64,000 bases of DNA from Azolla caroliniana (Eukaryota > Plantae > Polypodiophyta): contig JBHGNT010000006.1 in NCBI GenBank assembly GCA_043228905.1, forward strand, positions 682,001-746,000, written 5' to 3'. Positions 1 to 12,717 of the stretch are shown piece after piece; within the stretch, counting starts at the first letter, position 1; each line of letters begins with the position of its first letter. The position numbers were made by a program, and so were the translations under genes. A model generated the notes under the pieces. The model had not been told where the DNA came from and searched no databases. It saw nothing but the letters and a program-made list of their open reading frames with translations.

Positions 1-528
1 GTCGGTTGTCAGCCCGTCTTCGGTTTCCAGCAAGGAGCCGACTTGATCCCGGTCCCGCTCGTCCACCGACTTGACGAACAGTAGGACCCGACTCGTATCT
101 AGAATGGTTCGGTCAAGCGCCGAAAGGCGCGCAAAGCATTCTTCGAACTCCCAGAGGAGTGCCGACGCGTTTCTTCCTTTGACGGGGGACTCCACCCATG
201 CCATGAAGTCCCGTTTCGAAAGCCGGAGCGCGTCGTCCAGCCCATATTTCTCTAGGAGTCGGCCTTCGAACTCCTCCCAGGTACGGCTCTCCGCCCGTAC
301 CTCGAGCACCTCCGCATGGATGCTCGGCATCGCCACTCGAGGGAACCCGGCAAGACGCCTCTCTTCCGGAATGTCCCGCATCAGCATTTCCGCCCTGTAG
401 GACGCCAAATACTTCGTAGCATCCTTTCCGCTAAACCGGCCGATCGTACCAATAACCGCCTCAATGGCTCTGTCGAGGGCGCCGGTGCCCTCGCGTGTGC
501 TCAATATCCGATCCATGGCCGAAGCCAT
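1..528 (-). CDS. Gag N-terminus of a Gypsy-type LTR retrotransposon (runs off the left edge)
   Basis: Hand translation of the minus strand from ATG 528 is open to position 1: MASAMDRILSTREGTGALDRAIEAVIGTIGRFSGKDATKYLASYRAEM...RTWEEFEGRLLEKYG. It lies directly downstream of a PBS and LTR. The frame is absent from the ORF track because it has no stop in the window. Confidence 0.75.
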   Translation of the reverse strand, partial: MASAMDRILSTREGTGALDRAIEAVIGTIGRFSGKDATKYLASYRAEMLMRDIPEERRLAGFPRVAMPSIHAEVLEVRAESRTWEEFEGRLLEKYGLDDALRLSKRDFMAWVESPVKGRNASALLWEFEECFARLSALDRTILDTSRVLLFVKSVDERDRDQVGSLLETEDGLTTD

Positions 529-577
529 GGCCTCTGCAAGATCCGACCCCCTCATCTTCTGCTCTTTTGCCGCCTCC

Positions 578-595
578 TTCACGTCGGGTTCACCA
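578..595 (-). promoter_or_regulatory. Primer binding site complementary to tRNA-Trp
   Basis: Plus strand TTCACGTCGGGTTCACCA matches the 3' 18 nt of plant cytosolic tRNA-Trp including CCA (from recall). It is 3 nt from the LTR edge. Confidence 0.8.
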
Positions 596-598
596 AGA

Positions 599-1197
599 TG
601 TCGAGGTATTCCTCGCGGATGCGTGGAATGAGGCGGGACCTCGGGGGTCCTGTACCGAAGAGCAAGAGAGAAAAGAGAAGAGACCCACTACGTGCGAGCG
701 TAGATTCACAGGGACACGGCCCTTCGACACAAAGACGCGAGTGGGACAGTGACACAGAGAGACACGAAGGTATGTATGTATTAACAAAGACAACAACAAG
801 AACACGAAAGAAACAAAAACATGAAGTCGGTTACAACCGAACAGGCCGGCGAACAGATGCCGATGCCTGTTCGTAAACGTATAGAAAGAAAGGAGCAGGT
901 TGGAGGTGCTGCCGGAAGCACTCGGGCATTCCTCAGAGCAACGCGAGCCTCCCGAAACCTGCACAGAACGAAGCTATGGAGTTTGCGCGCCCGAGAGAGA
1001 GAGAAGCCTTCCCTTCGCCAACCGACAGCCCTTCCCCCTCCCCTAGGCAAAAAGGGAGCTGTTTCCTATTAACACCCTACCTACCGAATCCGCCTGCCTA
1101 GGATCTCCTATGTACAACATAAGGCGCACGTGCATGAAGAGCCGGTTCCTACGCTCCGGTGCACCGATTCCGCTTGTGGACGGTTTTCTTCACGACA
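599..1197 (-). mobile_element. 5' LTR of the Gypsy element (599 bp)
   Basis: Inverted termini TGTCG...CGACA, adjacent to the PBS. Confidence 0.75.
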
Positions 1198-1909
1198 GCG
1201 TGTGTAGAATAAGGCGGGACCACGGGAGTCTTGGACTAGGGAGTAGATGGGAAGATGGGTATGAGGAAAGTGGAAGAGATTGACACGGTAGAGATAGTAG
1301 AAAGAGACAATATTTATGAAGTTATGTATATTATGGGCATGAAAGCTGCAATGCGATTACAACCACGGCCGCGTGGGCTGGGCTCAAAACATAAGTAGAA
1401 TGTAAACCCTAATCGGATAAATAAAGAAAGAGATGAAGAAACCCTGGAAGAAACCTTAAACCCGAATAGAAACCCTTGACCTAAGTAGTATACCTTTTCT
1501 CACTCAAAATAGGCAACCCCTTCAATGGTGCCCCTTCCTCTCCTTTTATAGCATAAGGAGAGAAAGCCGTTACAAAAAGGAGGGACTAAATATCCCCTTC
1601 ATTCAATGGGGTGATATTTGCTTAGATTCTTGGAGGAGGGATCGATGGGGCCTTAACTCCCACTCCTCACACATACTATTGTGCCCATTACTCACCTCGT
1701 ACTCTTATGTACCCCTCTCTTTCTCATGTGGATGTGCACATAAGTGCACATCACATTTACATTTTAGGAATCTTGTGGTGCATTTCTTACAATTTACATT
1801 TGTTCTTATTAATATTTTACAAATACATCATGTGCGTGTGCAATGTTGCACACCCCGGTTTTGCTCACTCCGCTCGGTTTTCCCCCTATGGACGAAAATC
1901 TTCACGACA
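1198..1909 (-). mobile_element. Older related LTR remnant hosting the Gypsy insertion
   Basis: Ends in the same terminus (TGGACG....TCTTCACGACA at ~1889-1909) as the LTR ending at 1197. The interior is diverged. Confidence 0.5.
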
Positions 1910-2049
1910 ACGGTAGTTCGATTCATATGTGTGTTGTTTCGATTGGATCTCACCGAGCGACGTGACACAACTATAGTCCCCAACCACAAGACCTTGAGTC
2001 GAATACCAAAGGTACGAGTATCCGACACCGTGTTACCTTAAGCCGGTAA

Positions 2050-2950
2050 CAAATATCCAACAACACATCATCAAATGGAGTTTTTACCAACAATGCATTA
2101 CATCTATCTAGAAAGTGTTGTATCAAACTCCTCTTTTGTTTACGGATGGATGCTTGATAAATTCCATAATATCATGTTGGAAAGACAAATATCCCATGAC
2201 GAAATACCGTGGACATTGACTTGTCTTGCAAACTCCCCCACCAATTGTCCCATAGCAAGTTTAAACTTATCATGTCCAAGAAAAGATGAATTAAATCTCA
2301 ATGGTTGTCTTCCCAATAAAATTCTAAAACTGTCCACATTTTGATGTGTGCATTCCAAAACAACTAGGAAGTGATCTGATGATCCAATTCCCCTATACAC
2401 TTGCATAGTTGAAAACTTTGTCAAGAATGTGTCATCATGCATAATATAAATACGATCTATATTGTGCCGATTGAAACGTATAACCAACATCATTTTCATT
2501 GATCCAAGTCCATGCATCATACCTTAAGACCTCCATCATAAACAAATCCCATACCTCTCGTTCGGAGCATCCATTTGGCCATCCATCGAAGTAGATTGCC
2601 CCACCTCAGAACACATATTAAAATCCCCTAACAAAAAAACCAGATCTTCCATGAAGTAAAACTTGATTTAAACATCCCGAAAGATCCACATGTTGCCTTG
2701 CAACATTTGATCCATAAATACAAACCACCCAATATATGTTTCCCTTCACAATTAACTTCAAGCACCAAGAGCTGAGTACTTACATCTCTTTGAACCACTA
2801 TTGGTTGCAAACTATCCCTTACAATAACCATTACACCGGAATAAGTTCCTCCATTGACTCCAACATAAAAAAAACTTATATTGCTTATGATGAAAAAAAG
2901 ACCCAGACTTAGCATGCTCCTTATCTTCTAATGCACATAATATATCTCAT
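2050..2950 (-). pseudogene. Degenerate LINE ORF2 AP-endonuclease fragment
   Basis: ORF 2140..2520 has IDRIYI...GSSDHFLV; ORF 2628..2915 has GGTYSGVMVIV. Both are APE motifs, with frameshifts between them. Confidence 0.65.
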
Positions 2951-3465
2951 TCACCACTAAAAATATTTTTCGACATACCATATTGTTTAGATGGAGAACA
3001 AATTCCCCTTACATTCCATGTGACTATCGTCATCACTCACTACTTATGTTTCATCTTGGCCTGTTCCCGTTCCCATTGTGCCAATATCTTTGGTATATCA
3101 CCAAAATAATCACTTAAAACTGCATATGCATTTTGCACAGTGGTCATTGATTATTGGCTAAAACCATTGTCCCCAATGAATTTATTTTTTTCCAATTTTG
3201 TTTCTGTAATGGTAGATGATTTTACAGTTCTTATCTGTCACAACACAATGACATCAATTACATGGTTGGTGAGGATTGAACCTGCAACCTCATATCAACA
3301 AAATGTCATGCTCAACCATTTTGACATGAGCATACATTTATATATAATGATATAGTATTCTATAGTCTAGCATATAATACATTTCAGAACCAGAATATTC
3401 TAGTCGTTAGTATATTCTAGAGATATTGTACGATATATTCTACATGAGTATATTCTAGAGATATT

Positions 3466-3573
3466 TGTTGAGCGGCAAGCTCAACCGGATCCAGATCGGC
3501 TGAATAAGCCTGAGCCGGATCGACATCTGGAAGGATGAGCCGGATCGGTGAGCCGGTTAGTCGAATCCAACAG
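3466..3573 (+). repeat. Truncated 5' LTR of the outer Copia
   Basis: TGTTGAGCGGCAAGCTCAACCGGATCC... aligns with 12718 onward, then joins sequence just upstream of gag with no PBS. Confidence 0.85.
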
Positions 3574-6500
3574 AAAGAGAAGTAATGGACAGAGGAATGG
3601 CTAGCTCGCTCCCGGTGGAGAAGCTCGACAGATCCAACTACGCATCTTGGTCTTACAAGATGCACCAGTACCTACTTGGGCATGGTTACTGTAGCTATGT
3701 CGACGGAGCCAACGACACAACACCTGATGCGGCACACAAGGACTTCCTAGTGTGGGAACAAGCGGCAAGCAGAGTAATGTACTGCTTTGCGTCCAGTGTC
3801 GGAGACCAATTGCTGAGCCATGTCCGAGATGCCAAGATGCCAAAAGAAGCTTGGGGAAACCTGAAGAAGGTTTTTGCGGCAAACACTACAGCCTAGAAGC
3901 TACAACTCCGACAGGAGTTGAGCAATGTCCGATAGAAGGACATGTCGGTAGCTGATTACATGGCCCGAATCAAAGAGATCTATGACTCACTTGCCTCTAT
4001 CAACGTCACTGTAGAGGAAGATGAGATGGTGCAGATCTGTCTTGGGGGCCTAGCGTCTAAGTTCAGAGCGTTCCGAACGGCGGTATGTACAAGGGAGAAT
4101 ATGTCGTCATTTTTTGACTTACAGTCGATGCTCCTTGTAGAGGAGAACCACGCCGGTGCGTCAACAAGTGCACCCACCGACAACCAGATGTTATACACGG
4201 AAGCGGATCGGCCCCATGGGCGTGGTGGATGAGGTAGGTTGGCTCGCAATGGTAGCGGCCGGCAAGAATAGGACTGAAGGCATAAAGAACGTGCAGACAA
4301 CAGTTCCGGACCCTCCACAAGTAGAGGGGAGTCAAGGCGGCGCCGGAGGCTGGCAAGCAAAGGCCGACACAGAATGCTGGTACTGTGGTAAAAAGGGACA
4401 CAAAGAAAGTGAATGTTGGAAGAAGCGCGCCGATTTGGACAGATACAGATCCGGCATGGCTGATAGAGAGAACTGGCAATACTTGCAGTATGCAGAAGGA
4501 TCGGGAGTATCCAAAACCGGAGAAGCCAGTAAAGGGCTAGCCTTGGTGATGAAACACAAGGCTAACTCGATGAAGAAGACCACTTCCAAATCAGAGGAAG
4601 TGTGGTACGTTGATTCCGGTGCGTCAAATCACATGACAAGCCACAAAGAGTGGTTCTTCTTCTTGGAGAAACTGGAACAACCGGGAGTCGTCGAAACCAG
4701 AGACGACACTCCTCACCCAATCGTGCATGTCGGAGAAGTCCCTTTAAGCCATGTCGGACAGAGGGGAAAGCTGATAAACGTATTACATGTTCCGACTATC
4801 ACGAAGAACCTGGTGTCAGTCGGTCAGATCGTTGACTAGGGGATGCAGGTGTGGTTTACGCACCTTGGGTGCTTCATCGAGGAAGAGGGCCAGATTATTG
4901 CGCAAGGGCGCAGAGATGGGAGGATGTTCATCCTCGACACCAATGACGTCAGCACCGCTTAGTTCGCCAAAGGACAGAAGATTGAATTGGATATTGATCT
5001 CTGGCACAAGCGAATCGACCACATCAATTACCGGAGGCTTCAAGACTTGCAAACGAAACAAGTTGTTTTCGGTTTGCCAAAGTTTAGTGGCTGGAAGGCC
5101 CAAGTATGTGAGGCCTACCAACTCGGGAAGCAACACCAGCTTCCATTCCCCACCGAACGAAACCGGAGTCGTAACAAGCTTGACCTTATTCATTCGGATG
5201 TATGGGGACCGGTACAGAATGTTAGTCTTGGCGAGAGTCGATACTTCGTATCCTTCATTGACTATTATAGCCGACACACATGGATCTACCTCATCGAGCA
5301 GAAGAGCGAAGTCTTCGAGTGTTTCTGGAACCTGTAAAAACTGGTTGAACGGGAAACGGAGAGGAAGATCAAGTGCCTGCAGTCGGATGGTGGAAAAGAA
5401 TATTTTTCCAGTCAATTCAACAGTTATCTACAACAAAAAGGAATTCAGAGAGAGTTTAGCTGCAGATACACACCGGAGCAAAACGGTGTGGCCGAGAGGA
5501 GGAATCGGTCGCTTATTGACGCGGTAGGGGCGATGCTGGAGGAGAAGAGCATGCCCAAATTCCTACTGGGCTGAGGCGGTCCAGACAACCGTCTACATCC
5601 AAAACCGGATCGGTGACAAGGTGTCTGCGCATGAGCTGTATTTTGGGCGCAAGCCGAATTTGAGACACCTTTGGATATTTGGTAGGATTGCATATGTGCA
5701 TGTGCCGGATGAAAAGCGTAGGAAGTTGGATGTAAAGTCGGAGAAGTGCATCTTGGTCGGTTACTCGCATGAGCAAGAGGGGTATAAGTGTTATAACCCC
5801 CGGAGGAAGCAGGTCCGAGTTAGCCGGGATGTTGAGTTTGATGAGATGGCATCATGGTATGCCTTACCAGCTCCGACTTCCAACCCCGACCCATTACCGG
5901 AGGATGAGGCTAGTGAGCCTTAACCGGTCCAGTTAGAAGACGAAGGGTTCGAGACTCTAGATATGAGTCCGGAATCGTTTCGATTGAGCGGACCGAACGA
6001 GCGACTGAGTCAGACAGACCAGTAGGAAGATGAACCGGTGAGTAGTGGAGACTTTGCCGTGTTCCCCCCGTGCAAGGAACCGAGGAGACGGTTCACACGC
6101 AAAGAGAAGGGGAAGAAGAAGATGTCGAAATACAAAACCGGCAATGTTGAGTTGGATCGGAGCGAATCAGACTCAGAAAAAGAAAAAGGCGGATCTTCGG
6201 CAATGAAGACTGAACCGGCCAAGAAGGGCCTCAAACCGGGTAATGATAAGTTACACCGGTCTTCCCGCCAGAAGAACCCCGTGAAGCGGTACGAGTACAA
6301 TGAATACATGGCGCATCACTATGCCTATAGGACCAAGGTGGTGGAAGTGCGTGAGCCGGAGAGCTACGCATAAGCGGCAAAGGACGCAAATTGGCATGCC
6401 TCTATGGAGGAAGAAATGCGGGCACTTGATGCCAACGACACATGGGACCTAGTTGACCCTCCCCGACACTGTAAACCGATCGGATGTACAAGGTAAAGTA

Positions 6501-6829
6501 CAATGCTTACGGTTCGGTTAACCGGTACAAGGCCTGGTTAGTGGCGAAGGGATACGCGCAAACCCATGGAATCGACTACAACGAGAGCTTCGCTCCGGTA
6601 GTGAAGATGACGATTGTTCGTGTGGTGTTGGCGGTTGCTATGGCAAGGGGGTGGCATCTTCACCAAATGGACGTGAAGAATGCATTTCTTCAAGGTGATC
6701 TTGAAGAAGAGGTCTTTATGACCCAACCCCCCGGTTTCCAGTCGGAGATGAACAAGTCAGCGGTATGCCGGCTGAAGAAGTCACTTTATGGCCTGAAGCA
6801 AGCCCCCCGAGCTTGGAATGCGAAGATGG

Positions 6830-9800
6830 TGACATGAACTACACGGAATAATATCTGGCAACAACCGAAAGAAAATCACTAAGGACTACACGCTCCGTTA
6901 AACAACGCTCGACCACAACCGAGTCTAGGATCAAACACAGAAAAAAAAAGCGGGAATGAAACGCACGACACAAAGAAGAGAAGAGTACACAGGATGTTAA
7001 CATGGAAAACCCTGAGAGGGAAAAACCACGGGAGTCCACTGACTCCAAACTATCACTATATCACAAAGATTACAACAGTGAGCTCATGGAGGCAATGACC
7101 TCGTGCTCATGATCTTCGCCACAGGCGGCGGTTACAACAGAGGCAACGACCTCTTCGTTTCTCTCTCTCTCTCACTCTCTATACACTGTTGCGCTCTAAT
7201 CTTGCGCCTACAAGAATGACAACAACAAAAATCATCTTCTAAGTTTGCCCTAAGTCATATTTATACTAATATGACTTTTCGGCTATTTACAAATATAGCC
7301 CCGATGGACTCTCAGAAAACATATTTACGAATATGTCCCTTCATCCGGTGAGCACTTCTCACCGGGCCTTCATCATCCGGCTCTTGCCGGGTACTCCTCA
7401 TCCGGTTCTCATCGGGTCTTCCGTAGCCGGGTACTTGTCATCCGGTTCTAACTGGGTCTTCCGTAGTTGGGTACTTGTCATCCGGTTCTCACCGGGTCAT
7501 CCCATCCGGAGGGACCTGTTTCCTAACAAACTCCCCCTTCACTCCGGCATGGGATGTCTTACTAGTCCGATCCGCTTCCGGCATGCTTCCAGCTTGTCAG
7601 GTATCAGTACTTTGGTTAGCATATCTGACCCGTTCTCGGCCGTGTGGATCTTCGTCAGTGCGAACTCCTGGTCATCTACTCTTTCCCAGATCCAGTGATA
7701 CCTTCATTGGATATGCTTCGTCCGGGAATGGTAGGCCGCATTCTTAGCAAGGTGGATGGCACTTTGACTATCGCAATAGAGCCGGTATTCATCTTGCCGG
7801 ATACCGAGCTCTCCGATGAAGTCCTTCATCCATAATATTTCCTTGCCGGCTTCCACAGCCGCCATGTACTCCACCTCCGTGGTTGACAACGCAACCGTCT
7901 TCTGCAGCCTCGACTGCCACGAAACAGCTCCCCCTGCATATGTCATTACATACCCGGATGTAGACCGGTTGGTGTCCACATTAGCTGACATGTCCGAATC
8001 GGTAAAACCGTCAAGTTGAGGTTTTCCGAAGCTGAATCGGAGACACATATTCGAATCATTGCCGGGGGGCTTGCTTCAACCCGTAGAGGCTCTTCTTCAA
8101 TTGGCAAACCAGGTGCTCCTTCCCTTTCTCCACGAATCCTTCCGGTTGCTGCATGTATATCTCCTCTTCGAGGTCACCGTGAAGGAATGTTGTCTTCACG
8201 TCCAGCTACTCTACCTCGAGGTCCATGCTTGCCGCTATACTCAACACCGTCCAGATGGAGGTCATCTTTACTACCAGGACAAATATCTTGTCGAAGTCCA
8301 CGCCCTTCTTCTGCTAGAACCCTTCACCACGATCCTGGCTTTGTATCTCGGGGGGTTGCCGGCATCTCCCGGTTTCAACTTGTACACCCACTTAATTCGG
8401 AGTGCCCGCTTTCCTTTCGGTAACTCCACCAATTCGTACGTATGGTTCTCATGCAGGGAATCCATCTCATCCTACATGGCACTTAACCATTTGCGGCTAT
8501 GGGTGTCATCCTTCGCTTCTTCGAAGCTTTCTGGCTCCCCCTCATCGGTTAGCAGAACAAGCTCTGCATTCGGAAATATCCGGGAGGCCCTTCTCTCTCT
8601 AAGAGGATATCTCCGTCTTTGGGGTTCGGTAACCGGCTCCTCCATTTGGTCTTCATCCGAATCCGATTCGGGGTCTTGGCCGGTTCCGGTTTCAGCTTCC
8701 TCTACTTCTTCTTCTGCCGGTTCGGTATCCTCATCGTAACTGGCTGGTTCCTCGAGTGCTAACCGGTCTCTTGCCGGTTGGGTCTGCTCATCGTGGAATC
8801 GATCCTTACCGGTCGACTGGGAGTTCATTATCTTCTTCTCCGACTCCTAGTCGGCGAGCGTCTTGTCCTCCATGAAGATAATATCTCGACTCCGGAATAC
8901 CTTCTTGTCGACCAGGTCCCACACTCGGTAGCCGAACTCATCGTCGCCGTAACCGAGGAATATACATGGTCGGGTCTTCGGATCTAGTTTTCCTCTCCGG
9001 TCCTTAGCTACATGCACGTACGCAAGACACCCGAATACCTTCAGATGCCGGTAGGACACTTCCTTACCGGTCCAGACTCTTTGTGGTGTGTCTCCGTCCA
9101 AGGGTACTGAGGATGATCTGTTTATCACATATGTCGCCGTCGATAGTGCCTCAGCCCAAAACTTCTTGGGTAGTTTTGCATGCACCAACATACTCCGAAC
9201 CCTCTCCATTATGGTCCGGTTCATCCTCTCGGCCAGCCCGTTTAGTTCCGGCGTCTTCGGCACGGTAAATTCGAGCCGGATTCCCTTCGAGCGACAGTAC
9301 TCCTCGAACTGCCCCCGGTATTCACCTCCATTATCTGCTCGAACCACCTTCAGCTTCCGGCCGGTTTCTCTTTCCACTCTCGCGTGGAGGTCTTTGAAGA
9401 CGGATAACACCTGATCCTTCGTCTTCAATGGTGTGGCCCATAGCTTCCGGCTGTGGTCATCTATGAACGTCACGAAGTACTGCGATCCTGCATGTAACTT
9501 CGTGTCCACTTGACACACATCAGTATGCACCAACTCCAGTGGTGCATTACGTCTCATCGGTGGCCTTGGTCGGAAGGAGGTCCGGTTTTGCTTATCGGCC
9601 AGACAATCAGTGCACTTCTCCAAGTGCACATTCTTCACTGGAATGAGGTTGTCTTCTGCAAGCCTCTTCATCCCCTTCTCGCTCATGTGACACAGTCTCT
9701 TGTGCCACAACTCACCGGCAGTGTCGAATGCCACGTTCACTTCTTCCGGGCATAACCGGGCATTCATCAGGTACAACGTGTTGACCTTCCGGGCCCGAGC

Positions 9801-11205
9801 CACAATCAAGCTCCCTTTGCTGAACTTCATAACACTGTTCCGGATGTTACCCGTGTAGCCTTCATCATCTAGCCAACCGACTGATATCAGGTTCAGACGA
9901 ACCTCTGGAACGTGTCAGACATCCTTCAGCAGTAGCTTGCATCCGGTTAGCTTTCATTCCCCATCTGGACACAGCCGTGATCACCGGCTGAGTAGGATGA
10001 GAAGCATTTCTGGTCCGGGGTAAGGTGGAACGACGCTCCGGAGTCGACCACCCAGGTCATCTCATCGCCGGCAAGGTTTAGCTCACTCTCCTCGGTGATG
10101 AGCATCAACTCTTCTTCACTTGCCGCGATTGTCGTCGTTCCCTTCCGGTCTGGCCCCCTCTGGTCTTTACCGTTCCGGTCCGGTGTCCGCTTTGAATCGG
10201 TACCGTCGGTTTCCTTGTCTTTTCGGAAATGCCGACAGTTCTTTTGGAAGTGTCCCGGCTTGCCGCAATAGAAGCAAGTAGGCCTCGCCCTTGACTTTGA
10301 CCATGTCCCCGACTTCTCCCGGTTCTAGGGACTATGGTTCCTTTGTCTTCCGCGTTTCGATTCGGTAAGGAGCGCTTTGGAGTCGGAGCTCGTATCCTTA
10401 TCTTTCCGACGCGCCTCCTCATCTAGCAAGCTCGACTTTACTCTTGCTAGGGATAACTGTTTCCCTTCCGGCCTGGCGTTGCCCAAAGTGACAACCAACG
10501 TCTCCCAACTATCCGGGAGGGAACCGAGCAGGAGTAGCGCTAGTACCTCGTCGGCGAGAGATACTTCCAATGATGTTGCCTGGTGTATCAGCCCCTGGAA
10601 GGCATTCATGTGCTCCGCCATGCTGGAGCCATCTTGGTACCGGAGTCTTACTAGCTTCCGGAATACCAAAACCTGGTTAACAACATTTTTGTTCTGAAAC
10701 ATAATGTCGATATTCTCCTAGAGCTCATGAGCCTTGCTCTCTTCATTGAAGTCCACAGACTCCAAACTATCACTATATCACAAAGATTACAACAGTGAGC
10801 TCATGGAGGCAACAACCTCGTGCTAATGATCTTCGCCACAGGCGGCGGTTACAACAGAGGCAATGACCTCTTTGTTTCTTTCTCTCTCTCACTCTCTGTA
10901 CACTGTTGCGCTCTAATCTTGCACCTACAAGAATGACAACAACAAAAACCATCTTCTAAGTTTGCCCTAAGTCATATTTATACTAATATGACTTTTCGGC
11001 TATTTACAAATATAGCCCCAATGGACTCTCAGAAAACATATTTACGAATATGTCCCTTCATCCGGTGAGCACTTCTCACTGGGCCTTCATCATCCGGCTC
11101 TTGCCGGGTACTCCTCATCCAGTTCTCACCGGGTCTTCCGTAGCCGGGTACTTGTCATCCGGTTCTCACCGGGTCATCCCATCCGGAGGGACCTGTTTCC
11201 TAACA
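6830..11205 (-). mobile_element. Nested Copia element (Tnt1/Tork-like), antisense, inserted in the host RT
   Basis: LTRs at 6830-7528 and ~10750-11205; PPT at 7529-7540; flanks GATGG/AATGG (4/5 TSD). Gag (LLLLGSLPDSWETLVV), integrase ORF 8847..9830 (VHTDVC, RADNGGEY, LAERMNRT), partial RT and RNase H 7704..8048. Confidence 0.93.
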
Positions 11206-12717
11206 AATGGGGTTTGTGGCCTCCAAGTCCGACTCTTCGTTATTCATCATGCAAGGTCCAGATGGTCCGGTTTTCATCTTGTTGTATGTTGATGATTTAG
11301 TCATCACCGGACCCGGACTCGATGAAATCAGTCGAGTCAAGTCCTAGTTGTCAGACGCATTTGAGTGAAGGACCTGGGGGACCTTCACTATTTCCTTGGG
11401 ATCGACGTGATCCGAACCCCCGACGACATATTGCTCTCACAAAGACACTATGTGTTGAATATGTTGTACAAGTTCGGCATGACGGAATGCTGACCGATCT
11501 CCACACCCTTGGATCAGAACCAAAAGCCCCGTCCCGACTCCGAACCGGCCTGCGATGAGAAGCGGTTCTAACAAATCGTCGAAAGCCTTATATATTTGAC
11601 AATCACCCGACCCGACATCAGTTATCCGGTCAGCGTGATCAGCCAATATATGCAGAAGCCAACCGTGGAGCACCTTCTATGCGCGCATCGAATTTTGCGA
11701 TATGTGAGCGGCACGAAGGAACAGGGATTGTTATACTAGCATGGTATAACCGAAGAGCTAGTCGGCAACATTGATGCCGATTGGGCCGACGATGCATCGG
11801 ATCGCCAATCCACCTCCGGCTATATGTTTTCCCCTGGTAGCGCGACTATTGCGTGGAGCAGCAAAAAGCAGCCAATAGTGGCCCTTTCGAGCACTGGGGT
11901 TGAATAGGGGGGCGCTAACGTTGCCACCTGTGAAGCCATTTGGCTCTGGAGACTACTGCAAGACTTGCGGATGGAGGTGCCGACCCCGATCCTGATATAC
12001 TACGACAACATAAGTAGCATGCAGCTCACCAAGAACCCCGTATTCCATGCTCGCACAAAACACATAGAAGTGCACTACCACTTCGTGCGTGAGGGTGTCC
12101 TGAGCGGTGAAGTCGAACTTCGGTATGTTCATACGGATCGGCAAGTTGCCGACATCTTCACCAAACCGCTCGGATCGGACAAGTTGCAACACTTCATCGA
12201 ACTGCTTGGTGTTTAGCATCTCGACGTGCCACACTTGAGGGGGAGAACGGGCAAAGACACCGAAACAGGCAAAGGCAAAGAAACTGCCGACCGGAAGAAG
12301 AAGGGCAAGACCCGGACATGGTCCGATGTGGTGAAGGGCCTGGAACCGGAAGACGAATCGGGAGCAACCGATTCGGACAAGAGCTGGAACGAATCGGAGA
12401 CAGCCGATTCGGAAGAACCGGATCAATTCAAGGCCAAGAGAACGAGAAGGCAGCAAAAGTTGACGCCAAAACGAAGGAATCGGCGAATCGGCAAGCGCCG
12501 AAGTCACAGTAGCGAGGGAGCTGAATTGGGCCTATTGAGCAAACAAGCAGACCAAGGAGATCGAGGTGCGCAGAATCAGAAGGGTCGTGGCAAACGGGAC
12601 CGGACCGGACGAGGAGCGCGAGCGAGGCGGAGTGACGCCAGAAGGAGCCGGGTGGAAGGACTGGTTGCCATGGAGACTAACACTACGATCCGATCTCAAG
12701 TTGAGCTTGAGGGGGAG

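Noticed and set aside
71-1072. Plus-strand ORFs at the window start
   Set aside because: Antisense to Gypsy gag or within the LTR; no protein motifs.
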